A program made the position numbers and the translations under genes. From assembly GCF_009914755.1 (NCBI RefSeq), contig NC_060925.1: a stretch of DNA of 64,000 bases; one strand, written 5' to 3'. The notes under the pieces were generated by a model that saw nothing but the letters and a program-made list of their open reading frames with translations, searched no databases and was not told where the DNA came from. The DNA comes from the human T2T-CHM13v2.0 reference genome, Homo sapiens. Positions 45,184 to 59,150 of this stretch are shown one piece after another. Numbering within the stretch: the stretch's first letter is position 1; each line of letters starts with the position of its first letter.

Positions 45184-45560
45184 AGAGATCTAAATTTTAA
45201 ATGGTATTTTCAGCCTATGCCTGTCTTAGGTTTTGGTTGTCATGTATATTAAGAGGTTTGCTATTTGACATACAATAATATTGACAGGAAAATTCCTTTA
45301 ATCATTCATAGAAGTCGGTCTCAGCCTAGATATTATTTTGAATGTTACTGGAGCTATTGAGAATGGTATTCAAGTTGTTCAGATGATTATATATATCTTC
45401 AAGGAAACCTAGGAATTAATTCATTGTAAGAGATGGGGAAATATTTCATCTCCCCCCTACTCATGATGTGTCTATTTCATATCAGATCTAGTATTGAAAT
45501 ATTGTGGGTAATAGTAATAACCACCATTCCCTGCCTACCTGCTCTGTGTGCTGTGCATAC

Positions 45561-45775
45561 CAGGGTTTCTCAGCCTCTACACTATCCACACTTGGACCAG
45601 ATAACTCTCTGTCATGGGGCCTGTCTTGTGTATTATAGGGTTTTAGCAGCATCGCTGGCCTCTACCCACCGGAACACTCCCTCCCTAGTTGTGATAACAA
45701 AAATATCACTAGATTTTTCCACTGCCCCCTGGCAGGAGGTAGGGAGGTAAAAATTATTCCAAGTTGAGAACCACC
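45561..45775 (-). mobile_element. MER20
   Basis: 'cagggtttctcagcct...ttagcagcatcgctggcctctaccca...gttgagaaccac'. Confidence 0.9.
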
Positions 45776-46787
45776 GTTGTATTTGACACTTTATTTGGTT
45801 ACCTGTCTATTCTCATTACAATCTTGCGTGGCAGGAATTATTATTCTTGTTTTTAAAATGAAAAAGCTGAGGTTCATAGAAGGATTTAAGATTTAAACCT
45901 GGGCATTTTCATCTTTATTCTCTTCACTATACCTGTACCATATTGTCCCCATCTTTAAAGATTTTTGTGCTCCGAATTTTCTAAAAGATTTAACACTAAT
46001 TCCAGAAACATGCTCATGATACAGATCTAGAAATGTGGTAAAGCGTATAATCACGTTGAGTTTGTGAAGGGCAGTGGGTCCAGTCCAGATTGTCTTGTGG
46101 GGTTGCTCTGCCCTCCCGGGGCTGCCACCAAGGTACTCTCCTACTCTGTGACAGCCTTGTGACTATTTTTAGATAGCAAGTGAAAAAGATCTGAATCATT
46201 GGCTGACATTGGTTGTTTTCTGATTTTCAAGCAAAGGGAAGGGGCATTCTTGAAAAATGCCCCTGCTTTTTCTTTGAATTAAGTAACATTTTAAAGTTTT
46301 AATTTGAGATCGTGAGCTGGGTCTCTATTTTGACATTTGACTCCAGGGAGCGCAAACATCATTACCAGAACGTTGAGTGAGTTTTCTTTTTCTAAATCCC
46401 CCCTGATGATATGGGTTGAGATTTCTACCAGTTATAAGCAGGAGGCCTTGAGTTAGTCTCCTAACCTTTCTTCGCCTGTTTTCTCTTATAGTAAACAAGT
46501 GCTTCAGCTATGATCTCTGAAGTCTTTTCTGGCATTTCTTTTCTGCAGCTGCTATTGGATTTTCCTTCTACAAAACTCAGACTTATTTTCTTAGCCTCAA
46601 TATGGACGAGGGTTACAATCTATTTTAAAGATTTGTTTTCGGAAACTTTCCATCCGTTGAGCTGCTATTTGATTGTCGAAAGAAAGTTTCTAGGAATATC
46701 CCTCTTGCAAATAACTTTTCAAGTAGAGAGTTAGAATCCATAATGAACACAAGGAATAAAAGAATTTCACAAATTAAAAGAAATAGA

Positions 46788-47102
46788 GGTCAGGTGTGGT
46801 GGCTCACGCCTGTAATCCCAGCACTTTGGGAGGCCAAGGCAGGCAGATCACTGAGCTCAGGAGTTTGATACCAGCCTGGCCAAAATGGCAAAACCCTGTG
46901 TCTACTAAAAATACAAAAAGATAAAAAAAAATAGCCTGGCGTGGTGGCAAGTGCCTGTAGTCCCAGCTGCTCAGGAGGCTGAGGTGGGGGGATTGCTTGC
47001 TTGAGCCTGGGCAGTGGAGTTTGCAGTGAGCCGTGATTGTACCACTGCCCTTCAGCCTGGGTGACAGAATGAGAACCTGTCTCAAAAAAAAAAAAAAAAA
47101 AA
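46788..47102 (+). mobile_element. Alu (J/S)
   Basis: Dimer plus poly(A). Confidence 0.95.
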
Positions 47103-47521
47103 TCAGGTCATGACCATCCTAACAAACATACTAAGAACACATTTCCCACTAAGGATACCACAAATAGCAAAAATTTATTGGGTATTCACTGTTATGCTCA
47201 GTTCTCACTTCCCTTTACTTGATCTTCTTAGAGATCTCATCTACCATCATGTCTACCTTTGTTTTGTCACAGAAAATCTCTCTTCTGAGCCCCAGATCTA
47301 TACAAACAATTGCATATTGGAAATCATTTTCACATTTGTTCCACCTTCTTGGTACCTAATGCAGTAAGTTCCAAACTGTTCTTTCCACCCACCCACTCTC
47401 TAATTCTAATCCTCTTCCAACATTTTCTACATATGTGAAGAGCTCTACAATTTCTCCAGTTTTCTGGAAGACTCTGAGGGCAGATAAAGGACAATGAAAT
47501 TTGAAAACAGGTGAATACCAG

Positions 47522-47690
47522 AGCTGGGTGCAGTGGCACATGCATGTAATCCTAGCCACTAGGGAGGCTTCAGATGGGAGGATCCGTTGAGGCCAGGAGT
47601 TCAAGACCAGCCTGGGCAACAGCTGGGCAACAGAGTGAGACCCCTATCTCTGAAAATATAAAATAAACTAAGAAATAAAAATAAAATTAA
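47522..47690 (+). mobile_element. FLAM monomer with an 11-bp internal duplication
   Basis: 'ctgggcaacagctgggcaacag'. Confidence 0.85.
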
Positions 47691-49254
47691 AAAGATAAGA
47701 AAATAGTAAATACAAAAGACAAAGAAACAGAGGGTAGGAAAATAAGCAAGAGGTTGTTATAACTGACCAGGCACAATGGGATGAAGATTTGGAATGGGGA
47801 ATGGGCTTGACCACTTTATAAATAAATGAATGAATAGGTGATTGGCTGTGTAATTTGTTTGTAGTGGCACATAGTTGTACATTATATGCTTGCATGTAAT
47901 TTGTATGTAGTTCATTAACAAAAATAATAGGACAAAGAAGAGACATTGAAGGGAATAACACTGATACACTAACTCTGAAGTCACCTAAAATGCATGGTAT
48001 CATTAATTCTTATTTTTTCGTTACCATGTTCATAGAAAGAGCATGCCCACTTTTATTAAAAGAGTAGCAGGAGGTGTAAAATCTGAAAGCTGTAATTATT
48101 TTCGAACTAATTGTGGCTTGGCTCAATATGGTTTGGGGCAAGGAATGACAGTGAAACACCTATTTTTTCAGTGTAGGCTTTTCACTTGGTGTCATTCCTT
48201 GGAAAAGGCTAGCAACTTATTCTTCCCTTTCAGGGTTTGTAATGACTTTATCAACAGCCTTGATGCATCTTTCTCAGTTCCTTTTCCTGTACCAAGACAT
48301 GTGATGACATTTCCAAAAAGGTGATGTCAACATGTTAATAATTTCCCAGGTAAACACACATATTTCTGTGTCAGTAAATCACCAGACATGAATTTTAATT
48401 ACATGTTGTTCTTAGTCACTAGTGTTGGTACTAGAACTCAGTACTCCTGACCCAACTTATTTCTCCCATCTTTGCTGTTTCCTGAATGAGGTTTCCCAGA
48501 CCTAGTAAAATCACCAGAAGCCTTTTTGTCTCTCATACAAAATAGCTGTCGAGATCAATAAGAGTTCTGTGTCTAGAGCAGTCTCAGAGATTGCTTATGG
48601 GTTTTATTCCATCAATGGAAAAAACAGAAGAAGTGTACCTGCACTACTCTGATTTTGATTTATTTGCTTTGCCTTTAGAAGAAAAAATGAGTATGAAAAA
48701 TATATGTTTTTTCTGAAAAATTTTCCCCTAGCATTTCCTTTTGTATTTCTCAGGCAAAGTTGGCTGCCATCTTAATGGCAATATAAGGTATCATGGCCTT
48801 TTTTCACCCACCCGTTACTCAGAGTCAGTTTTTCACCATCTAGAATTTAGTGCATCTTTGGTGAAGCCTGACAGGTACATGGAGGGTGAGCAGGGGGAGG
48901 TTGGAGAAAGGTAAGAGGGCTAAGAAAACAGCTATATAATTTACAATCCTCATTCCCATAAAAGGACAGCAAGCAGGTAAGGTCGAGTATGCTGTCAGAG
49001 GGGCACCAGCCAGGCCTCCAAAAGCTACAGGACCCTATTTCATTATCCCACAACCTGCATTGCAGTGCACCAATGTCCCACTCTAGGACCATAGCTAATC
49101 TGCTTTGATGAAAGAGGAAAACAATAACCAGGAACCTGAATATGAATGATAGAACTAGCATTGCCTGGTTGCCAACATTCATTTGGAGAACAGTAGTGAC
49201 AAGTTAGGATAACTAGAACTTATGACCAGAGTCCGTGACATTGTAGCTGTTACC

Positions 49255-49495
49255 ACAGTGCTTCATCAGTGCTAAGTGCATGGGCTTTGAGTCCAGACTC
49301 TGATTCTATCATTTGTGAGCTGGATAACCTTAACCTTTCTAAGTTTCAACTTCCTTAATAGGTGATTAGAATGAAGCCAAACCCTTAGAGTTGTTGAGAG
49401 AAATGACAACAATAAAAAAAAGTATTCACGTCAAATGCATAATACAGAGATTGGCACATGCTGAGCACACACTAAAAATTAGCTGTTATGATTAT
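49255..49495 (+). mobile_element. MIR
   Basis: 'aagtgcatgggctttgagtccagac...ttggcacatg...attagctgttat'. Confidence 0.75.
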
Positions 49496-49611
49496 GACAG
49501 ATACCTCACCAGTGTATCTGTGGTGTCAGGCTAATTTTTTGGATTTGCCTACGTAACTTTTGGCTATCTGCCTTTAGCTACTAGAGACTTTCCTCAGTTT
49601 CTGTAAGATAG

Positions 49612-49971
49612 TGTATTAGTCACTTCACACTGCAAACAAAGACGTACCCGACACTGGGTAATTTATAAAGAAAAAGAGGTTAACGAACTCACGGTTCCAC
49701 ATAGCTGGGGAGGCCTCACAATTATCACAGAAGGCGAAAGGCACGTCTTACCTGGCGGCAGGCAAGAGAGAGAAATGAGAGTCAAGTGAAAGGCGAAACC
49801 CCTGATCAAACCATCAAATCTCATGAGACTTATTCACTACCACAACAACAGTATGGGGGAAACTGCCCCATGATGCAATTGTCTCCCACCAGATCCCTCT
49901 CACAACACGTGGGAATTATGGGAGCTACAATTCGAGATGAGATTTGGGTTGGACACAGCAAAACCATATCA
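49612..49971 (-). mobile_element. THE1B solo LTR
   Basis: 'tgtattagtc...aaccatatca'; perfect TSD GATAG (49607-49611, 49972-49976). Confidence 0.95.
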
Positions 49972-52900
49972 GATAGACTGACCAACTTGGCAAGACACAA
50001 TAATTAAAAACTCATGCCTTGATCACATCACCACAATTATCAGAATACCCGAGAAGAGAGTTACAAATGTGTTCTGGAAAAGAGAGATGAACAAAATGTT
50101 CCTACTGTGCATCACACAGCCTGTATTCATTTCTTATAATTAGTTCTTATCCTTCCCTTGACATAGCTCACCACAGAATAGCATAAAAAGTACAATGAGA
50201 ATACAACTATAGAAAAATAATCGCATGTGCTATATTGCCATTTACAAAACACAATGCCACTTACAGCAGTTCACAAATGCTGTCTTACAATAAAGAGTTC
50301 CATTAACATTAGAGAAACTGAATGTCTCATCCAGAGTGGCCTTTGTGTCAATGATTCCTTTTGTTAGTGGACAGGGAAATGAAGGGGGGAGCAGTAAGTG
50401 CTCGCTCTTAACATTTTAGATTTGTAAAGAAAATGATCCATGGGGATGTTTTTGATCTACAGTGAAATGTAATATTCTGTTCAGGAGTTGGCATAGTATC
50501 ACCGCATTGAGCAGGGCAGGTGGGGACAAAGAGGCCCTGCATATTTTTTGCTTGTTTCTTCTCTCATCAACTGGAAATGTGACAGTGTTAGTAGCAAACC
50601 TTCTATCCAGTGTATAAAAACCAGGCACTTAGGCATTTTTGAGTGATAATTCAATAGGATTAAATTACACTCATGTGACAACTCAACCTCACTAATGAGG
50701 TACATTTCAGTAAACTGTTGACAGAACTGTCTGGAAGCTTCCTTTAATTTACCAACATGTAACAACATGGGAAAAGCATTAGTCAACTAGATGAAGATGA
50801 ATAAGCAGTGAGGTCTAGGGGTATTTTACATTAATACCCGACAACCAGAAAGAGTTTTTGTCACCTGCTGTATTTAGCCCAAGGCAGGCAGAAAATAACT
50901 GGTACCTGTTAGTGTGATTGACTTACCAAAGCAATGAAAGGAATTATCTTGAAGAGGTCTGGTTGGAAAATATGTCAGAAAAATTTCTTTTCCTTTCAGT
51001 TAGCAGGAAGCATGTTCCTTGCAAAGTGGGTGATGGTTGCAATGAAGTTGAAAGAATGCTTCAAATCTTTTCAGATGGCAACACCAACACTTTCATTTTT
51101 CAAATTCGTTGAGTGAGTCCTGATAGATTTTTAAAATCTGTCTATATATATTTCTACCCCTGTGTTGATTAAGACTAATGCAGAGTTACCCTTGCCCAAC
51201 TAAATAATTTATTCCAAGCCAAGAAAAGAAAGAAAATATAAGGAAGGCAGAAGAGCAATAAATAGGAGACAAGGAAACCTGCCTCATTGAAGCATCAAAT
51301 GCTTATCGAAAAGTAGCTCAAGCTAAGATTATACTGGCTAATAAGAAGAGGGCTATGAAATTATTTGCATGCTTTGAGAAGTGTTCTGAAACTAATGCTT
51401 CTATAATGTCTGGCAAGCAATATGGCTGAAGGAAAAAGCAGATTAACTCTATGTGGATGAATACGGTAACCGTTAGGGGGCACTATGGATTCCCAAATGG
51501 ATATTTAGGTCCCAGGATTTACTGGTCTCAATAGTTATTTTCCATACCTAATTTTTCTAAAAAATGAGAATTTACAGATGTATTTGCAAGAGAACGTGTG
51601 TCACAAAGAAAAGGTGGGGACAAAACTGAGACTATTATCTTACTGCATCTGTTGGCCATAAATTAAACAACTGTGCATTTAAGAAGAATTAACGCTTTGA
51701 GTATCAAACATAGTAGAGGGGAATGTTGGTTTAGCTAATCCAGACTGTTAGCTAATTCATAAACCATATCTATTTGGTTTTGAAAGCAGAATAGGTTTAT
51801 AGGGTTTCTTTGCAACAAGTTACCTTTCTCATTTCACCTCAGTATGACTATTGTTCTAGTGAGTTTGCATTTCCAGAACATACAGTGATTTGTTAGAGAC
51901 CACTGGCAGACAAAGTAGGAGGGAGATGATGGGAAGACCCCATAAGAAAGGAAAAGAACCTTTACAGTTTCAAGTGAGCCAGCTGAAACTGTGCATGGGA
52001 ACAAAGAAAAGAAAATTATTCAGTGTGATTGTCAACACATTTGTATATAAAATTCCCAGCTGGACCATGAGTAAGAGAAAAGTTCTGCCAATGGATAAGC
52101 TCTAGTAGGTCTGAAAATACTGACAAGGTGTTTGTATAACAGAATGGGAAGTACTACAAAAGAGCCAGCTAATTTCAGAGATGAAAGAGTGAAAAAAAAA
52201 AAAAAAAGAAATGGTGCTTCTCCAGCCTACCTGGCAGAGCTTCTTCTGTTACTGGCCCCCAAGTACTATAATATCTCTGCCTCTCTGAACATTGTTTCCA
52301 ATCTTGATAGGAATTATAATGACAATAATCACTAGCATTTATCCCATCCTCTATTATTCATAAAGAACTTTCATCATCTTATTTGTTCCTGAAGTAAGTA
52401 GGGCCAGTATTTTTTAATAACACTCGACAGATATTTTATAACACTTGACTTCAGCAACTGCCCTACTGAAGGTAAAAAAACACCCAAATCCTCTAATTCC
52501 AAATCCAAGTGCTTTTTTCACTGTGCCAAATTATCTCAAACTGTCAATCCTTGGAACATCCAGAGGCAAAGTTGCAGACTTTGAGAAGGGCTGGTCCAAT
52601 CCAGGTGAGAATCAAATATCCCAGAAAACAATTGATTACAGTAGTCCTCACAGAGAATTCTAGCAGAGACTTCAGCTTTGTATAGTCAGGCTAGGCATCA
52701 GGGAGACAACTGACATGAAACTTGATTGTATCTTTCCTTTACGTTTGTTAAAAAAAAAAAAAAAAAGGAAGAGGAGATCCAAAGTATTAAAGGCCAAATT
52801 TTTTTTAATACATTCACTTTATAGGAAAATACAAAATTAAAAATAAAGTAAACTGGCAACAGAGAAAGAAACAATTAGGAATTTATACCTTTAAAATATT

Positions 52901-53189
52901 TTAGTATAAGGTCTCATTTGAAAATACTCACTTGAACAACAATACTCTTCTCTTCTAATAATGTATATACAGTAGTGGCTAACCTTTGTGTTAAATCTAC
53001 TTATAAGACTATTCCAGTGTTAGGTCAAATTGATTGTTCTGTCTGTTATTATAACCAATTAACACTCAATTGCCAAGTAAGAGCTTGAGGAGAATAATTT
53101 AAAAATTAAAAATAAACAAACGTTATCTAAGATAAACTCAACTGTCTAATCAACTATTAGGACAGTTTTAATCATGTTAATAGCTGATA

Positions 53190-53420
53190 ATAGTTAAGAA
53201 TTGTGAACTGCTTACTATGAGACAGAAATTGCATTTACAAGCATTATGTAACTTCATCTCTCTATGATTCTATGAATATTGGTGCTGTTATTAGCCACAT
53301 AGAGATGAGAAAAGATGACTGAGAGCCTGGGCAACTCACCTGCTTCACAAGAGTTAGTAACTAGTAGATCCAACATTTGAATCTAGGTATGTTTTATTCC
53401 AGCGTCCTCACCACACTGGC
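53190..53420 (-). mobile_element. MIR (another at about 52320-52520)
   Basis: Degenerate antisense MIR. Confidence 0.65.
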
Positions 53421-53961
53421 TTGACTTTACCTTAGCTAGATCCTGTTTCTCAGCTAGTTTTCTAATGTTCTGCCCTATTCCTAGTTTTCCTAATCTTTCA
53501 TTTGTTTTGCTCTGTTCTGGTGATCTAACACAAACAGCTTAGTTTAGAAACATGGGATGAAGTTGAAGCAAGTGGGAGCAAATGGAGTAGATATTAATAG
53601 AAAAACCCACTTTTTTTTGATAGGGGAGGTTAGCACCAAGCTGAGTAGCCAGTGCATGGCTATGAATAATATCAAGAGTGATTTTTTTAAAAAAATAAGG
53701 AATTCATCTTCTTAATATACTTAAATTTGCATATAAAGATATATTACAAAGATTTTAATAATGTTTATAATAAGAAAGGATAAAAATCTAAATGGCTATC
53801 AAAAGGATTATATAAATTATGACAAATACATAAATTGGAATGTTGTGTTACTATTAAACGAAATGGATGCATTTGTGCTAATATAAATCAATCACCAAGA
53901 CATAGTGTTAAGTGAACAATCAAAGTTCTGAGTAGGTTATGTCTAGTATGTTACCAAATAC

Positions 53962-54253
53962 TTTTTTTTTTTTGAGACGGTGTCTCACTCTGTTGCCCAG
54001 GCTGGAGTACAGTGGCGTGATTTGGCTCACTGCAAGCTCTGCCTCCCAGGTTCACGCCATTCTCCTGCCTTAGCTTCCCAAGTAGCTGGGACCACAGGCA
54101 CCCGCCACCACACCCAGCTAATTTTTTGTATTATTAGTAGAGACTGGGTTTCACCATGTTAGCAAGGATGGTCTCAATCTCCTGACCTCATGATCCACCT
54201 GCCTCGGCCTCCCAAAGTGTTGGGATTACAGGCGTGAGCCACCGTGCCCGGCC
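53962..54253 (-). mobile_element. AluY inside an L1ME fragment (about 53700-54430, + strand)
   Basis: 'gcaagctctgcc' and 'ttcacgccattctcc'; TSD ccaaata. Confidence 0.93.
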
Positions 54254-54469
54254 CCCAAATATTTTTTAAAAGATAGACATATAAACTAATATAGAATAGA
54301 CTATCAGTGTTATTAATTGTTTCTGTAAAGGGTAACTGAATCAAAGAAAATAATTATTTGTTATTCTAATTATTTTTTATCATATGCATGAATTACTTAA
54401 AAGTATTTTAACATTAATAAAAATTAATAGATGCTCAATCAACGTTCGTTGACCTGAACAGTGATTAGA

Positions 54470-54700
54470 ACACATGAGCCATGTGAATCCAGAAGCACTA
54501 GACTTGGAATCAGACGTCAATTTTAAATTTGGCTCTGTCACCACTAGCTGGATTTCTTTGTATAAGATCTGAATCTTTTAGTTTCAATTTCTTCTTAAGG
54601 GAAATTGGTATACTAATATCTACCCCACAACTCACAGGTTCTCAAGGATCAGATGAGGTAATATAAAGATTCTCTAAAGTGTAAAAATGGTATTGTTGTT
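54470..54700 (+). mobile_element. MIR
   Basis: 'gaagcactagacttggaatcagac...ggctctgtcaccactagctg'. Confidence 0.75.
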
Positions 54701-55151
54701 ATTTATTGGTGAGGCATGTTCTAGTTCATGCAGTCAGAAAGGGAAGAGTTAACATATACAGTTAGATTTGCTACATCAAGCAAATCAACCAAATATATGT
54801 CAAATATCCACTTGGAACCATATTCCTATTGTATTAACATCGACTGTGAAGACATTTTTCATCTCATAAAGGGGAAAATATTCACTTGAAAACATACTTG
54901 CGTGAATCTTTGTGATAGAAGGTAAACCACACAGGAGATCTGGGAAGACAGAGAGAAACAGTACTGTTCCTTGGAAGAAGAAGAGAAAGAGGAGAGAAGA
55001 AAGGATGATAACTAGATTAGTCAAAGATCAGGGGCTCAGCAATGTGACCCCACCACATCACTTGCCAATAAAACCCGGAAAGGGTGGAGGTGAGTAGATT
55101 GTGAAGAAAGCCAGTAAAAGGGCTAAGCACTACATTCAGGGAGCCGCTCAG

Positions 55152-55182
<31 letters not shown>
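55152..55182 (+). repeat. Poly(A)31
   Basis: Pure A run with no adjacent retroelement body. Confidence 0.95.
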
Positions 55183-55184
<2 letters not shown>

Positions 55185-57284
55185 AGAATTCAAGCGAGAT
55201 GGAGAGAAAAGAATAAGGAAGTAAAAATGCAGAGCCCCTGGGGAATAAAAGGAGGAGTTTTGTAATGCCACTGACAAGGATTGAGATCCAGGCCAGACTG
55301 ACTTTAGAAGTCTAAGGGGCAGGGGCCCCAGCTGACTTCAGGGTAACATACTATTTCCCCAAATATGTGCTTGGCCATTAAAGTTCAATACACTGTAACG
55401 TGAGTCTGCGGTTGCAGAATACAACTCCCGGATAGCCAGCCCAGTGGATTGATTATCCACAATCAGCAGGAACATTCCTAGGTGAAGTGCAAATTGCTTC
55501 CCTGGTGCTTGACCCTTCCAAACCATAATGATAATTGCTGCTGTGTTGCAAGCTGGGCTTATGAACAACTCCAGGGTTGGTGCCCTCCCCTCCAGTAAGG
55601 CTACCAAGTAGTGTGGACTATGTACATCTGATTGTGACAAATTACTGGTTTACGTGCTCATCAGTGCACAGTGGTAGGTACTTTGTAACGTCACCAAAGC
55701 AGAAAACAACACTCCTCTCTCCTCAAAATAATAAAACAAAATTACTGCTTCTATATATTTTTGGTAGAAAATAAAATAGGTTCAAATTTAATCACATAAG
55801 CAGTAAATCAAATATCAAATTTAAAACAATGAACTACAAAGAGCCTCCTCGAAGTCATTTAGCATTGATAAATTAGTAATGTATTATTAAATTATTCATA
55901 TCTTTTTTCCTTTGGACTATAATGATATACTGTACACAGCACTGATAATTTACTTAGGCTGAGTCCTTTCATTTAATTATGCTGCTAAACTTGGTAGGCC
56001 AATTGGTCATCATGAGAATTTCCAGGCAAGCTAATCACAAATATATAGAACATGTCCCTTATTGTCCCCAGCGGCTAAGTGCTAAAATGCTATTTAGTGC
56101 TCAGAAGGTTAATGTCCTGCTTATGTAAATTGTCCAATTTAACATTCAGCAGCAGTATCATAAATTCTGGCTCCAGGATTTCATTAAACGTATGTTCAAA
56201 CTAGTTGACCTTAAAGGTTAACAAGCACAAGTTAAACAGGACAATTATTTAACTCACTTCTTATCAAGAGACTGAAGCGTACTAGACATTTAATAGCTCT
56301 GCATACTTCACAATTAGAATTCTTATAAGGCCTCTGATAAAACTGCAGGTCATGAATTTTCATAAGGATGTCAGATAATAACTATTTATCTGCACTTGTT
56401 TTTCTTTCTTATAAACTTAAACTTTGCTCTTAACATTCAATTAGAAATGATTCCACAGAGAAAGACTAGGTGACTCAAAGAGCTAGTATTCACTTTCTTT
56501 TGGGGCTGCATGAAGATTTAAAACATGTTATCTGCATTGTCATTGATGGAAATTAATATAAAAGTCAGAGGCTCACTATCAAGTGCACAAGACTCAAGCG
56601 AGATATTTGGCCCAATGTTGAGTCACAACGTTGCTTACTGTTTTTGGACATTAGACTAAACATTTGATTATTTTCTTAAAAGTCTCCCTCAGTTCCTATT
56701 GATCTACCGGAGAAAATTTATTTTCCATTGCATTTATTTTGTTATGAGTTTTAATACGATGTGAAAGAAAGATGATGTGAGACATCCTTTTCCTCTCCAG
56801 TCTTGTTTTCTCTCCTTGTTCTCCTTGGGCATTGTGAAATATGAGCAAAATCTGGGAGTGATTGCCACAGTCTTGTTACCTACAGCTCAGGTGAGGCATT
56901 GAGAGAAGTCTGGGGGCTGGCTGACATTTCCACACACTTCTCACTGCGGCAGGATCAAGCAACGGCTTTGGGGATATATTAAATTGGTAATCATGCACCA
57001 GCAATCTCAATAGTTGAAAGCCACTGTACACCAGGAAAGGCACAGGAAGCATTATCTCCTTGCAGGTTCAACTGTTCATAATGCATGCTATTTGGAAGAT
57101 AAAGCCACAAATAAGAGCAAACAGGATTTTATTAATAAACCATGAGCTGAATTTCTGTTAGGAGCTGAAATGGAGCAAACTATGTCGTAATTGCCTATAG
57201 GTAAATTTACTGGGTGCATAGTAACTTTTAAAATTTGGTAATGATCATTAAAAATAATTAAATGTAATAATAGAAAAAGAATAG

Positions 57285-57330
<46 letters not shown>

Positions 57331-57338
57331 TAGATAGA
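57285..57338. repeat. (TAGA)11 TA (TAGA)2 STR
   Basis: Counted directly. Confidence 0.95.
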
Positions 57339-58519
57339 TTAAATAATACCTATCCTTGGCCCAGTTCCTTATTCTGCACTTCTTATTTCCCCCAGAGGTT
57401 ACTTATTGTTAGGAGCTGTTTAAAGAAATGATATAAGGAAGAAATATTTTCTAGCATGAAAAAGTGTGACAGTGTTTTATACCTTCTTGTGTTGCTCTTC
57501 ATCCAAACTTCATCTTTTGAATATTTGCTTCAAATCCCGCCTGAAAGGGGACATAAATAAAGTGAAATGGCTAATGGACTAAAAACACTTATGATCAGGT
57601 TTTCATAACTAACATTATTGATAGCTTCTCTCACACATGTACTCGCACATAGTGCAATATCCATTTCTAAAATAAGATTTAGAGCCCTATTTGCAATAAA
57701 AAGGCGAGCGCATGCAAATAAAGAATGCCAAAGTGAGGCCTAGGGATGGTATTTCCCTAGAGAGGGAGAAAAGGACCTCCTTCTAAAGCAGAGCATCAGA
57801 GTTGACCACAGAGGGGGCACAGAATACTTTTTCAGATTTCAGACTTAGCTGTGCTTTTTTGTGTGTCCTCTGGAAGGGTCTTAAAAAGCAGCGAGTTGTG
57901 TCTTTCGTTTGGAAATGACTACTTTTTTCTACTTAATGGCACTAGTTTTTGAACTTGCTTGTGTAAATAGATTCCTATGTCTGTGCATTAAATACAATAA
58001 CAAAGAGTGTCATGCAGGAAATGTGACACAGTACAAATAAAGAGGCTGGCAAGATGGAAATATTTTCATGGGATCTAGTGTTTTCTATTATCAATTTGAA
58101 TGTGGTTTTCCTTCTTCTGATCTCTATTATAGCAAAGACAGTAGAAGAAATGCTTTTTCAATGCCTAGAAATTCATTTGGGGAAAAAAATAATTTTTATA
58201 AATCACTTTCTCTTTAAAAATATTTTAGCTGTAATTGCAATAAGAAGATGCTAACAAAGTAGAAAGCATTTTATCTGTTTTTTGCTATTTTAATATTTGG
58301 GGAAATAATTTTCTTTCATTTTAGGTTCTATTTTTCCCATGTCAGCAGAAATTTTTTTTCTTCAAAATCTGGACTTTAAAACGTTATTCTATAAACAATT
58401 AAATGCAGATTACATGGTAAACAGTAAATTATGTTGTTATTAAATTAATTTCAAAGAGCATAGTATTTGTGGGATTGATATACATAGCCACTCATGTTTA
58501 CAGCTTCTATCATGGTAGG

Positions 58520-59150
58520 ATACCCTCTCTCAATTATGATCAAAAAGTTCTAGCTCATCACTTAATAAGCTATAACCTTTGGCCAGGAAGTTTACTCCTT
58601 CATTCCACCAATAAATACTGACCATCCAGTACATTCTGGACTCTGCAATTTAAACAGTTAAACAACTCAAACATGAAACCTTCATTCAAGAAATTTTATT
58701 CTACTTAACTAACTTCTCCAAAGCTCAGTTGCTCCTTCTATTAATATGGGGCTATAAAACATCTAATTTGTGAGGAGCATGTGGGGTACAAGGAATGGAT
58801 GAGATAATTCATGTGAAGGAATTGTAAGTCCCAATAAATCAGCTAATATTTCTACTGGATTATAATTTTTTTAAGAGTTAGAGCAGTTTCCTATTTACTT
58901 TTGTATCCCCTGCACTTTGCACAATGCTCAGCATTTAGTAGACACTTCGTAAATATTGGTTGCATAATTATGAACAACAAACATAGACCAAATTAGTCAC
59001 TGCCTCATCCTGCTGTTCTTCTTACATTTGGTACGGTGCTTTTAACAATACCACACAAAGTGAGAGCATGTCTTGTTCATCTTTGTATTCCTCTTCCCCT
59101 TACCTGACACAATCCCTACACATAGAGGATACTTGAAATTTATTTGATTA
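58520..59150. mobile_element. Cluster of MIR and L2 end fragments
   Basis: MIR 'ttctagctcatcacttaataagctataacc' and L2 termini. Confidence 0.6.

Noticed and set aside
46240-46264. 9-bp hairpin aggggcatt-N7-aatgcccct followed by a T-rich run
   Set aside because: Resembles a bacterial intrinsic terminator, which is meaningless in primate DNA; too short for a pre-miRNA.
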